64,000 nt of DNA, from the NCBI GenBank assembly GCA_965207885.1, contig OZ242311.1, positions 3,936,001 through 4,000,000 on the forward strand, written 5' to 3'. The notes under the pieces were generated by a model, which was not told the DNA's origin, made no database searches, and saw only the letters and a program-made list of their open reading frames with translations. Position numbers and translations under genes: made by a program. The DNA is from Candidatus Latescibacterota bacterium (lineage in GTDB: Bacteria > Latescibacterota > UBA2968). Positions within the stretch are counted from its first letter, which is position 1. Every line of letters starts with the position of its first letter. Positions 20,279-33,988 of the stretch are shown here, in pieces.

Positions 20279-21832
20279 TTAATTCGGATCGGCCTGGACA
20301 AAAGGCACCAGAAACGGAGGTGCGCTTTTAAACTGAACAATGCGATTTTGTGCATCCCATACATACACACCGCCATCATGAGAGATAGCCAAACCAGCAG
20401 GATCTAAAACCAGATCATCCAGAACACGCCATCGCAATACAGGCTGTCCGTCAGCATTAAAAACCATAACTCGATCCCGAGTCAGTACAAATACAGCCCT
20501 GGGACCACTGCCAACCCATACGGAAAAAACACCATCGGGCAACACAACTTCTTCCCAAATAGGCTGTGACCCCATGTGGCTTGTATCCGTGCGAAATACC
20601 TCTCCCAATGTCGTCACCATCCAGATATCAGATCCCAAAACCGCAAGACTTCGAATCGCACCTTCAATACCCGTATCATAAGACCCACGTTCAATAATGG
20701 TATTTACATTAAATGAGAATGCCTTTAACCTCTGTCCAACACCCACCCAAATCGTGCCATCTCGCGCAATCGCCATCGCGGTAGGCAACTCAGAATCCGC
20801 AACGCGCCAGTCCTCGTATTGCCAGGGAATCTCAGAGATTCTCAACTGAGTTGACCGAAACGCAGAAAACTGCACCTCTCTGGTCTCTGATAAAATGCCG
20901 CTGAGCAATACAGAGGGAAGAACGCGGATTCCAGCAGAGACCGCGACAACTGAGAGAGATTCCAATCGCAACCCCGCGCGGTTGGGCACAGGCAGTACGC
21001 GCGGGTCACCCTCATATCCCGTATGATCGACCTCGCGTATGGAAATGGCATCGGATGTCGCGAGCAACGCCAGGGCGGGACTTGCAAAAGTAGTAGCGGA
21101 CGTCAAAGCCACAAACACATTCGGTGCCTCGACAATATTGAAATTGAGTCGCCGTTGATACGGGTATATAAACATCTCGCGACTATCGAGCACCACATCG
21201 CGGTCCATCGTATTCCGCAAGCGATACGTATATTTGCGGTTCCCCTCTATGAGCACATCGGTAAAACTCGAAACTGTGGGATCTTCAGACTGAAAAATCA
21301 CCTGCTCTGCCGCATCATCTACAGAACGCAACAACTCGTAGCGACGGGGAACACCTGCCGCCAAATGCCAGTTGACAGTCGCTGTACCCTCTTCGGGCAA
21401 AAATTGGATCGTTTCCAATATCGCCCCGGGAATCTGCACCGAGCCTATGGTTGCTCTTGCTGGTTTCTTTTCGGCGGTTTCCGTATGCAGGCTATAACGG
21501 TGTTGTTCACCAGCCTGGATATCAAAATGCGCTATTGGCATCATCTCCCACACATCCGCACGGCGGTTCACTTCCCGCGAAGGCGCAGGCAAATCACGCC
21601 AGGGAAATCTGCGCCAGCCATCGCGCTCACTGCGCCAAAAACGATAGCGCGCCACAGGTTCAATACCCAGATATTCCCATTCGAGTACAACCGCATTCTG
21701 CTCCCCGTCATATCTCAGATCAAAGGGGACCACAATCCGCGAATTAGCCGGATCAGTAGCGAGATCGCGCCTGGAATCACACCCGGCGAACAACAAAAGA
21801 CCTAATAAAAAATGTGTGACACTATTGCCCAT
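20279..21832 (-). CDS. Lipoprotein with fibronectin-III-like domains and a beta-propeller-like C-terminus
   Basis: Lipobox LFAGC; VVLEW..Y and SFTD..YTYRL Fn3-like patterns; PAGLAISHDGGVYVWD (NHL-like repeat). Confidence 0.6.
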   Translation of the reverse strand: MGNSVTHFLLGLLLFAGCDSRRDLATDPANSRIVVPFDLRYDGEQNAVVLEWEYLGIEPVARYRFWRSERDGWRRFPWRDLPAPSREVNRRADVWEMMPIAHFDIQAGEQHRYSLHTETAEKKPARATIGSVQIPGAILETIQFLPEEGTATVNWHLAAGVPRRYELLRSVDDAAEQVIFQSEDPTVSSFTDVLIEGNRKYTYRLRNTMDRDVVLDSREMFIYPYQRRLNFNIVEAPNVFVALTSATTFASPALALLATSDAISIREVDHTGYEGDPRVLPVPNRAGLRLESLSVVAVSAGIRVLPSVLLSGILSETREVQFSAFRSTQLRISEIPWQYEDWRVADSELPTAMAIARDGTIWVGVGQRLKAFSFNVNTIIERGSYDTGIEGAIRSLAVLGSDIWMVTTLGEVFRTDTSHMGSQPIWEEVVLPDGVFSVWVGSGPRAVFVLTRDRVMVFNADGQPVLRWRVLDDLVLDPAGLAISHDGGVYVWDAQNRIVQFKSAPPFLVPFVQADPN

Positions 21833-24800
21833 ATCGAAACACAATCTCCTTTGAAACACGACGCTGTGCATTTAAATCTTCTACGATAATTTTCACCCGG
21901 TTGCGCCCCTGTTTCGCCTTTGTCAGATCGACAAACTGATAAACCTGCACGCTCGGCTGTGTATCCACCTGTTCAAACGACATCGACACTTCGGGATTGA
22001 CCTCCTGACCGGTCAGCAGCATTCGCAAACCCTCTACCTGTTCCAGAGCCGCAATCTGAATCGTAACGCGATAGCGCGTCTGCCCAAACTCGTCTGCCAT
22101 TAGATTATAAACCTCAAAATACAACCCCATCTCCTGCCCAATGAGAAACGCGCGCGTAGGCAAAGGCAACACCCGCAAATTCTTTCGGCGAAAAGAATCA
22201 TCTACATCCGTCTCATCAATCTGCGCGGCCAATACTGGATCGCTCATCTGCAATTCCGAATCGCCATAAGACTCAACCGCAAGAACCTGCTGCAACAAAC
22301 TAACGCGATTGGCACTGACATTCTCCGCCTTCACCGTCAAATGATACGTGCCGGGCGGCACGGACAAGGTCAACAAATCGGTCAGCATAGCATTCGAATC
22401 AGATAGCGTGTCTTTCCGCACAACCGTTCGACGCGTGCGAAACGCGCGGTTTGTAACCGAATCATAAAGCGCAATAGATAGTGTCAAATCGCCTCTACCG
22501 GTCTTCTCCACATCTATCGGCAAGCCATAGGCCACATCCACCCGCGTCATGAAATATCCCCCGCGCGCATCGGCCACATCAAAATAAAATTCCAACGCCC
22601 GCGTTTGCCACCACGGTCGATATTGCTCCGGCATCTCGCCTACAGCCTGCATATAAAACGTTTCCGGCGCATTTTCCTGAATCCTGGCAATGGACCGCAT
22701 CCCTATCGGCTGGCGCAGCGGAATCGGCGCAAAATTGAAATGCCCCGATCCCATCTCATCCGTAAATGTAATCTCCATCCCCCCGCCAACCGTCACATAC
22801 ACCCACGATTCCCAGGGCACGAGACTATTATCTTCCCCTGAGGTAACGGGCAAATAACCATCGCCCATCGTGTGAGAATCCGCGTCATTTCTTCCCATCA
22901 GATTAAACGAATCGGCAAACATCGCACGCGAACTCCGCACGGGAAACACCGTGCCCACAAGTGCGCCTCTGGGCGAACGCGTGTACAACTGCGCGTACAA
23001 CTCGTCTTTCACCCGCTGCACCGCAACACTCATTACTCCAGGCGCACGCCCAGACCGCGAGCGATAATCCGGCTCGCCATAGCGCAAATACACCTCACCT
23101 CGCCGATCTCATGGATACGCAGACCCTGCGAAATATTGCCGCGCCATCCACACCCGCTGATAGTGTTCTTGCAAACGCTCATTCACTTCTGTAGTCGGAT
23201 CCAGATCCTTTTGCATCCAGAACCGATCGATAAAATTTTGCTTCTCCCCCTTAGAAAGCGCATTGTAGGTCGCGCGTTGAGCATCTGACAAAATAGGGGT
23301 TGGATCAACGTGCAACGCCAGCGTCTGTGCATCAATCCGCTCCAAAAACCGATCCCAATACTCCGAAGCGCGCTCGTAATCCCCCGCCCGATAAGCCCAC
23401 TGTGCTGCAACGGGCAACAAATCAAGCGCCTCTGGATGGCGTTTCATGAATGGCAAAATCTGTCGCGCGATCGCCTGCTGATCCTCCATACGCAACAACA
23501 CAGCACCCAGCTTTGTCACCGCATCAACATCATCCGGTTCCAGAGACAAATAGTGCGTATAATATGCAGCGGCTGTTGTATTGTCCTGAGACAAAGCGTA
23601 AAAATCATCGCGCGCAAACCAGTCACCCAACAACTGATAGGGCGCGCTATACGTCGAATCAATCGCAATCGCTCGAGACGCCATATCCACGCACTGACTC
23701 GTACCGATATCAAAATACACCGACGCCATCTGATAATACAAATCTGCGCGCGTTGTATCCGCCTCTATAGCGCGATAAAAATACGAAATAGCGCGCTGTC
23801 GCAGGGCTGGACGTCGCGCATAAACCCGCCCCAAGCCCTCATAAGATAGCACCGCACTACCCTCAAAAGACTCTGCCTTTAAAAATGCCTCTTCAGCATC
23901 GCTCAAAAGCCCGCGCTCCAGCGCGACCATCCCCCGATTCACCCAGCCCGGTCCGTCTTGAGGTTCCGGTTGATTTGCCCAGGCATCTGTCTGAGTACCC
24001 GATTTAACCTTTGCCAATCCCGCGACCAGATCTGTGGCAATCGTCTGCGACAAGTCGTCAAACCGATCCTTGCGCCAGACGCGCCGACCATTGGCACTGC
24101 CCGCCCACAAAACACGCCCAGAAGACGTATCAATCAGCCGCAACGCAACCCCCACAGCATTGATCGCATTGTCCTTGCCCGTAGCCATCAAACTACCGCA
24201 TAAAACAGCATCTGCCCTATGCGCCAACAACATCCGCTCAGCAGCACTCAGGCGTGCACCTATGGGCTGTGACATATCCAACCTATCAAATAACCCATCA
24301 CCTATCATACCCTCTCTAATCAACCGCTCATACCCGCCCACCAGTGCTTTTTGCGAAGTGTGCAAAGGCGTGAATACCACCTGCAACGGCCATTCATCTG
24401 AACGCATCATCCTCCCGTGCCGATTGGCTTCCTGAAACCCGAGTTGCGACATTAAATTGCCCAGTGCAATCTCTCCTATATCGCGCTGGGCATAAATCCA
24501 CTGCCATTTGACATCATCTCGCGCCTTGCCCATCCAAATGGGTTCCCCAGTGTCCAAATCCACAATCCGCACATGCAATGTGCGCGTCCCGGCATCAGAA
24601 ACAAATCCGATCAACGCCCGATCTGCGCGAGCCGCTGTTTTCAACAAAAATAAATCATAATCTTTCAACGCCTGTTTTGTCTCCACCATCCCCTTCATCC
24701 TGAGCCGTGGAATCGTATCAGGCTCCACCAGTTCAAACCAGCGCCCCTGATAGGCGGGAATATCCCGATGGCGCATCAACTCATCCACCAATCGGTCAGC

Positions 24801-24959
24801 CATAAAAACCCCGTAATCGGGATCTTTCTCCGAAACCAACGGAAACACCGCCAGACGAGGAACCGCTTCACGCTGCGGCAACACTTCCTCACACTGCACC
24901 GCTGAGGAAAACACGAGCAATAAAATTGAAAAAATATGTCTCATTGTATTTTGCATCAT
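21822..24959 (-). pseudogene. TPR + GWxTD-domain outer-membrane-associated protein interrupted by one in-frame TGA
   Basis: ORFs 23109..24959 and 21822..23093 are in the same frame and read FAGSAYP*DRRGEVYLRYGEPD. The stop occupies the conserved Trp position of the GWxTD motif. Confidence 0.75.
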
Positions 24960-25168
24960 GGCATCTCGGTCTTAAGTACTAATTGAAAAATTTTCAGTCT
25001 CTCGGGCACTCAATCCCTCTTAATGATGTTATGCGAAATAATTAGCATATAAGTTTCAAAAAAATAGCCAATTAAAAACTCGTTGTCAAGACCAGATCAA
25101 ATTGTTGGTGGATACCGCAAAAGGCGTTGGTGTTGCATTGAGCCGCGCTCTGATGTTTTGCAACCGCT

Positions 25169-26071
25169 TTAAGTAATTGTAATACGCCGCGGACCGATTG
25201 TCCTGCTCGCTGGTAAAACGGGCGCAGATGGAAAAGGTCTTGTGCGATCACTGAGTTCACAGAGCGCGCGAACGCGTTCCTCTGTGGGCGGATGTGTGCG
25301 AAGCCAGCGCGGACCGGTCTTGGCATCAGATGTATAAATAAACCGAAAACGGCGTTGCAAGCGGGAAAGGTAGCGGTTTGACTGTTCCAATTTGATCAGG
25401 GCATTGCCAAGGCCACCGGGATCGCCAGTGAGCATGGCAGCATCGCGATCCGCGAGAAATTCCCGCGTACGCATCAGGGTTGCATGCAGGAAGATAGCAC
25501 CATAAGGTGCGAGGCTGATGAGCAAGATCAAAGGGATCAGGTTGGTGCCAATGCTTAACCACGCGCTAGAGATGAAAAGCAGAAAGACTAGAATGCCAAA
25601 TAAAGTCGAGAGCAAAGATGTGGCTCGCACAAATAATCCCGCGGAAAGATTTAATAGACTATCGCGGTTTTTGAGATGTGCAAATTCGTGTGCGAGAACA
25701 CCTGCGATTTCACGCCTATCGAGCAATCTCAGCAGCCCGGAACTGAGAGCCACAACGCCATTGCCAATGCCGAGCGCAAAGGCATTAGGCATGTCCGAGG
25801 GATATATTGCCAGACTGGGCGTCAAAATATTTGCCCGCGCGGCAAGGGCTTTTGAAATGCGATGCAACTCTGGCATTTCCCATTCTGAAATCGGACGTGC
25901 GCGATGAAAGGAAAGGATCATCCGCGCAGATCCACTCAGAGAAAACAGGTTGAATATGAGACTACCAGCGATAATAAGCACAACGCCAGTCCAGCCAAAA
26001 AGGGAATAAGCCACGAGGGCAAACAGCCCCACGATACCTGCGAGTATTGCGAGGGATTGGAAGCGATACAT
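25169..26071 (-). CDS. htpX: M48 family zinc metalloprotease, HtpX-like
   Basis: PNAFA, GVLAHEFAH (HExxH), REFLAD, THPPTEER; TM helices. Confidence 0.88.
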   Translation of the reverse strand: MYRFQSLAILAGIVGLFALVAYSLFGWTGVVLIIAGSLIFNLFSLSGSARMILSFHRARPISEWEMPELHRISKALAARANILTPSLAIYPSDMPNAFALGIGNGVVALSSGLLRLLDRREIAGVLAHEFAHLKNRDSLLNLSAGLFVRATSLLSTLFGILVFLLFISSAWLSIGTNLIPLILLISLAPYGAIFLHATLMRTREFLADRDAAMLTGDPGGLGNALIKLEQSNRYLSRLQRRFRFIYTSDAKTGPRWLRTHPPTEERVRALCELSDRTRPFPSAPVLPASRTIGPRRITIT

Positions 26072-26152
26072 TGGAATCTCCAGAGAGTGGTGAATATTCT
26101 GACCCGGCTCTTACCGAAGTGAGAGATCTAACGAGGTCACCACCCCACAATT

Positions 26153-26170
26153 ATGCAAATATCGTACCTG
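26153..26170 (-). promoter_or_regulatory. Possible sigma54 (-24/-12) promoter for htpX
   Basis: caGGTACgatatTTGCAt has GG-N10-GC spacing and matches TGGCAC-N5-TTGCW. Confidence 0.45.
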
Positions 26171-26350
26171 AAACACCAATGCGAATAAGATATTGATAAT
26201 TAAAATTTTATATTCTGAAGTATGAAAGAAAATACAGAGGCGAATGCCAAATTGACGGACCTAAATGGCAAGGGGTAAAAACGGCAGGACGAAATGTCGG
26301 GATTTTGTCTGTACAAAAAAAACGGCGGTGGATCTTATGTCCACTGCCGT

Positions 26351-28159
26351 TTAACGTTCGGGCGGAGACACCAGAGCCATACCCCGGGCATAAGCCCAAT
26401 GTCGAGCGGCTTTGGCGAGTTTGGGATTGCCAGACGCGAGCATCGCGCTGGCCATGCGCTCATTGCCTTCGTGCTCCAGAGCCTGAACAAGAGCAGAAGT
26501 TGCAAACGCAGAATACTCGCGAATAAAAAATGGGTGCGCCGCTGCAATAACATCCAGTTCGCGTTCTCGCAGAGCGCGTTTTAACACCTCGACAACCCGA
26601 TCACCACCTATCTCAGAAAGCTTTATAGCCGCCGCAACGCGTTCCACACCCTTGCCATTCTCAAATACCGAAATCCACGCGTCAATTTTCTCCTGTACAT
26701 CGCGCCTGTTGCGCCAATCTGGCTCAATATCCCGAAGTGCGCTCACCGCCATCTGCACATTCGCCCCCTTGCTCAACATTTCCACCAGCGCGGGCACCAC
26801 ACGCGCATCCCCCAATTTGACAAGTGCCCAAGCCGCAGACCAGCGCACAAAAACCGAACCATCATTTAATGCTTGCGCCAGAGCATCCGCTGCACGCATA
26901 TCGCCTATTTGTCCCAACGATTCTACAGCGGAGCTTCGGACATGTATCCCCGGATGATCCAGCAAGCGGATCAAAGCATCTACTCCTCGCTTGTCATTTA
27001 AGGCACCCAAAGCACGAGCAATTGACTCCATCAATTCCTCTCCAGACCGCCCCTGCAACTGCAAATGCATCTCCCGGTCCACGACTGAGATCAGCATATC
27101 AACCGCACTCGTATCGTGCAATGCACCCAATGCTCGCGCCGCTGCTCCGCGAACATACCTGTCTTCTCCCACAACTACATGCCTCAATACACCTGCCGCG
27201 CGCATATCTCTCATATTACCCAGCGACTGAATGGCTTGCCGACGCACATCGCGGTCTCGATCTTCTATTGCGACAAGCAATGCCTGCACTGCCCGTTGAT
27301 CTTTCAAATCGCCCAAAAAACGCGCAGCGACCTTTCGCTCATCGTCATTGCCCGCTGTCACCCTGCGACACCAGTACATCACCAGTTCTTCTGCCCAATC
27401 TTTCTCTCGCCAGTCGGGAACAACCGCATTGAGACCCTCCAGTGCGCGGAACCGAACGATTGCCTGCTTATCGCCCAACACATCATCGTGCATCAAATCG
27501 CGCCGAAATCTTCCCACAGCCACCTCGACCTCTGGCCGCGCACGCCAATTTTTATCAATCTGTGCCAGAGCAAATAAAACAGTCTGGCGCATCTCTTCAT
27601 CACCCAACAAATTTGCCAGAGGGCCAATCGCCCGGGGCGATCCAATACGTCCCAAAGCCACTGCTGAAACCCATCGCACCTGGGACCTGTCACTTTGCAT
27701 TTGCAAACACAGGACATCCACCGCAGTCGAATCCCCAATTTGACCCAGCGCATCTATCGCCGCCAGCCGCAATACAGGCACCTCCTCTTGCACAACAGCG
27801 ACCAATGCATCCACCGCCGTCGAATCCCCAATCTGACCCAGCGCATCTATCGCCGCCAATGCCAGAACAGCCCGCTTGTCCTGCAAAAAAGAAATGAGCA
27901 CCTCAGTCGCTCGCCTATCTTTCAGCATACCCAGCGCATCAATCGCCGCCAACCGCACCCGAGCTTTTTCATCTTCCAACGCCTGAATCAAATGCGGCAC
28001 AGCATCCAACTGACCACTCTCCCCCAACTTCTCAACCCCATAAACCCGCACATCGACATCCACATGGCGCGACTGACGCACATATTCATCAATACCCCGA
28101 GAGCAACCACCCAACAACAGTGCAAGAATTAGCCAAATATATAACTTTCTCTTTTCCAT
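26351..28159 (-). CDS. HEAT (PBS lyase-like) repeat lipoprotein
   Basis: Lipobox LGGC; many VR..A..ALG..GD..AV..L repeats. Confidence 0.88.
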   Translation of the reverse strand: MEKRKLYIWLILALLLGGCSRGIDEYVRQSRHVDVDVRVYGVEKLGESGQLDAVPHLIQALEDEKARVRLAAIDALGMLKDRRATEVLISFLQDKRAVLALAAIDALGQIGDSTAVDALVAVVQEEVPVLRLAAIDALGQIGDSTAVDVLCLQMQSDRSQVRWVSAVALGRIGSPRAIGPLANLLGDEEMRQTVLFALAQIDKNWRARPEVEVAVGRFRRDLMHDDVLGDKQAIVRFRALEGLNAVVPDWREKDWAEELVMYWCRRVTAGNDDERKVAARFLGDLKDQRAVQALLVAIEDRDRDVRRQAIQSLGNMRDMRAAGVLRHVVVGEDRYVRGAAARALGALHDTSAVDMLISVVDREMHLQLQGRSGEELMESIARALGALNDKRGVDALIRLLDHPGIHVRSSAVESLGQIGDMRAADALAQALNDGSVFVRWSAAWALVKLGDARVVPALVEMLSKGANVQMAVSALRDIEPDWRNRRDVQEKIDAWISVFENGKGVERVAAAIKLSEIGGDRVVEVLKRALRERELDVIAAAHPFFIREYSAFATSALVQALEHEGNERMASAMLASGNPKLAKAARHWAYARGMALVSPPER

Positions 28160-28256
28160 CTATTATCCCCAATTCAGACCCCCCGAAATACGCATTCCGG
28201 GGGCATTTCTTTTGGACTATTTCGACACATTATTTCTATTTCACCAATGGAGCAAT

Positions 28257-30275
28257 CTATTCCTTTGGCAATCGAAATGAGACCGGCTGGGTCATCCATA
28301 CAGCTACGGGTTCACCATTGTGTTCCGCAGGCTTATATCGAAATTGAGATACCGCATCTATCGCCGCCTGATGAAATTCCTCTGTCCCTCTCAGGACACG
28401 CACATCGCTTACCGAACCATCCACATTGACCATAAACTTCAAAAACACTTTACCTTCCAAACTATCTCTGAATGCCTCCTCCGGATGTACAGGCTTAACA
28501 GCATGCAGGACCTTGGGCTTTACCTCAACCATATAAAATTCGAGAACCCCACTACTGTCAGCATCGCCAGATGCAGGCGGCGCGGTCTGTTGCTTTGGCA
28601 AGCGAAATATGATCGACTGCGTCATCCGCACGGGCACAACTTTGCCGTTGAGTGTCCCCGGCTTGAATCGATATTGCGAGATCGCGTCTATAGCCGCTTG
28701 ATGAAAGGCCTCTAACCCTCTCAGAACACGCACATCGCTCACCGAACCATCCACATTGACCTTGAACTCCAAACGCACAGTAACTCTTGTTGGATACACA
28801 GGTTTAACAGCTTGCAAGAGTTCGGGCTTAGCTTCAACCTCGAAAAATTCGGGGATATCAACCTTATTACCATCAGCATCAATTGGCACAGGCGACGTGA
28901 GTTGGAGATCTGTGTCCGTGGAACCTAATGAAAATTCAATCGGCATAACTATCCACACGGGCACAACTTTACCATTGTGCTCCGCAGGCTTAAACTGAGA
29001 CTGAGATATCGCGTTTATAGCCGCTTGACGAAAGATCTCTAGTCCTTCCAAAACACTCACATCGCTTACCGAACCATCCACATTAACCAGCAATTTCAAA
29101 GACACTTTACCTTCTATCCTCTCCTTTCGCGCCTTTTCGGGATATACAGGTGTAGTAAGATCTAAGGGATGAGGCTTTACTTCGACCTCTTTATATTCGA
29201 AAACTTCACTACTATCAGCATCAACAGACGCGGGCGGTGTGGTCTGTTGCTCTGGTGTGGGTTCGGGCTTTTCCTCATCCTCAACCAATTCCACAACCTC
29301 AAGACCATCTTCATCCTGCGTGTACGCCTCTCGAATTGAAAAAGGCACAATCGCCAGACCAATGAGAATGGGAATTACCAACTGCCATCTGGACCGTTTC
29401 ACATTGTCCTCCTTGAAATTAAGGACATACTCTAACCGTTTCTTGAGCGCAGTTCCACGCTCGTTAAAATACAGCGCACTCATAGCAGGGCGTCTATCGA
29501 CAAATCCGAATAACAGCCGCCCGTATTCAGCAGGCGTCAGATTCGTCTCGCGCAACACTGCCTCATCACAGCGCAACTCTCGCAAAAAATTCAGCCTTCG
29601 GTTCAGCAGCCAGACCAGCGGATTTATGCAAAACAGCATCATTGCAATCGCCTGAAAAATCAGCACCCAGATATCGCGATTATCGCGATGCGCCAACTCG
29701 TGTGCAACAACGCCGCGCAACTCCTCGGGCGACCAGGACGACCAATGCGATGGCAAATACAATCTCGGTTTTACAATACCGACCAGAAGCGGAGAACGCA
29801 GACTGGCTTTGGCATAAACCTTCACATCCTGCGCCTCGTCCAGCGATTCCACCTCCCTCGCCAGATCAACCGGCACTGCTACACTGAGCGCGCGGTGAAA
29901 CGCCGCATTCTTCCACAACGTCACACCCGCCCATACCGCAACCGAAACACCCCACAGGCAAAATAAATAAAACACCAGAGGAAGCGGTGAGACTTGCACA
30001 GGTGCAACAATCCCAACCTCAGAAACCACATTGGCATAAACCGGTCCAATCGGCACATCGTCGGATACCGTCAAAAACTCTGGCAGCGGAATGGCGTAAA
30101 AAGGCGGCACAAACACCTTTGCCAATGCCAACAAATAGAGGACATATCGCAATCGCGTATCCAGCGTCATCCAGCGATCCACTGCCCACACCAGCAAAAT
30201 GAACAGCGACACTTCGACAAAATGCACCGCATAGAGCGGCCACCACACCTCGGCCAAATAGATCAACAAATCCAT
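28257..30275 (-). CDS. BlaR1/MecR1-type M56 peptidase fused to three TonB C-terminal domains
   Basis: VAHELAH, NPLVW, RELRCD, LKKRL; three copies of P.YP...VNVDGSVSDV.VL...AAI.A..Q..FKP...NG..V.V. Confidence 0.9.
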   Translation of the reverse strand: MDLLIYLAEVWWPLYAVHFVEVSLFILLVWAVDRWMTLDTRLRYVLYLLALAKVFVPPFYAIPLPEFLTVSDDVPIGPVYANVVSEVGIVAPVQVSPLPLVFYLFCLWGVSVAVWAGVTLWKNAAFHRALSVAVPVDLAREVESLDEAQDVKVYAKASLRSPLLVGIVKPRLYLPSHWSSWSPEELRGVVAHELAHRDNRDIWVLIFQAIAMMLFCINPLVWLLNRRLNFLRELRCDEAVLRETNLTPAEYGRLLFGFVDRRPAMSALYFNERGTALKKRLEYVLNFKEDNVKRSRWQLVIPILIGLAIVPFSIREAYTQDEDGLEVVELVEDEEKPEPTPEQQTTPPASVDADSSEVFEYKEVEVKPHPLDLTTPVYPEKARKERIEGKVSLKLLVNVDGSVSDVSVLEGLEIFRQAAINAISQSQFKPAEHNGKVVPVWIVMPIEFSLGSTDTDLQLTSPVPIDADGNKVDIPEFFEVEAKPELLQAVKPVYPTRVTVRLEFKVNVDGSVSDVRVLRGLEAFHQAAIDAISQYRFKPGTLNGKVVPVRMTQSIIFRLPKQQTAPPASGDADSSGVLEFYMVEVKPKVLHAVKPVHPEEAFRDSLEGKVFLKFMVNVDGSVSDVRVLRGTEEFHQAAIDAVSQFRYKPAEHNGEPVAVWMTQPVSFRLPKE

Positions 30276-30661
30276 TACGCGCCTCCCTTCTCCTTCGCCT
30301 CAATCAGCGCACGCAACTCATCCAGTTCCTTTCGCGAAAGCTCCCCCGAATCCACGAGATATGTTGCCAGTGCCCCAAAAGAACCCTCGAACATGCGCGA
30401 CACCAGCGTGCGCGTCTCGTCCTGCGCCACATCTTCCCGGGATAGAGCCGGCGTGTACACATTCACCGGACCGATCTTCTGCCGATTGAGCACACCTTTT
30501 TTAAATAGAATATTCATAATCGTCTGCACCGTCGTATAAGCCTTCTCACCATTGGAATAAAGGTAATCGACAACATCGCGCACCGTAACCTGACGGCCGA
30601 GATGCCACACGCCATCCATCACTTCCCACTCGGCCTCAGCCAGCCGTTTCTTCGCAGCCAT
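30275..30661 (-). CDS. BlaI/MecI/CopY family transcriptional repressor
   Basis: LAEAEWEVMDGVW, AYTTVQTIMNILFKKG, FEGS; translationally coupled to the M56 gene. Confidence 0.92.
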   Translation of the reverse strand: MAAKKRLAEAEWEVMDGVWHLGRQVTVRDVVDYLYSNGEKAYTTVQTIMNILFKKGVLNRQKIGPVNVYTPALSREDVAQDETRTLVSRMFEGSFGALATYLVDSGELSRKELDELRALIEAKEKGGA

Positions 30662-30689
30662 AAAACGCTCCTTGAAAAATTCATGTGAA

Positions 30690-30733
30690 TACTAATTACT
30701 TAGTAATATACCGAATAGGTTAGTAACAGTCAA
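30690..30733 (-). promoter_or_regulatory. sigma70 promoter of blaI overlapped by two dyad operators
   Basis: TTGACT-17-TATATT. Perfect dyad TACTAA-N4-TTAGTA at 30690-30705 and imperfect copy at 30709-30725, resembling BlaI/CopY TAC..GTA boxes. Confidence 0.7.
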
Positions 30734-30752
30734 GCAAAAATCTCATTTTTAT

Positions 30753-30792
30753 AAAAAAAAAGAGCGGCAGGTTGCAAAAACCCACCGCTCTT
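30753..30792 (-). terminator. Intrinsic terminator after the mini RNA polymerase gene
   Basis: GAGCGG...CCGCTC stem followed by a long T run on the minus strand. Confidence 0.75.
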
Positions 30793-30793
30793 A

Positions 30794-33988
<3,195 letters not shown>

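Noticed and set aside
23109-23111. Alternative genetic code (TGA=Trp) or selenocysteine
   Set aside because: TGA ends many complete genes in this window (e.g. 3093, 11133, 16699), Trp is encoded by TGG elsewhere, and the position corresponds to Trp rather than Cys.
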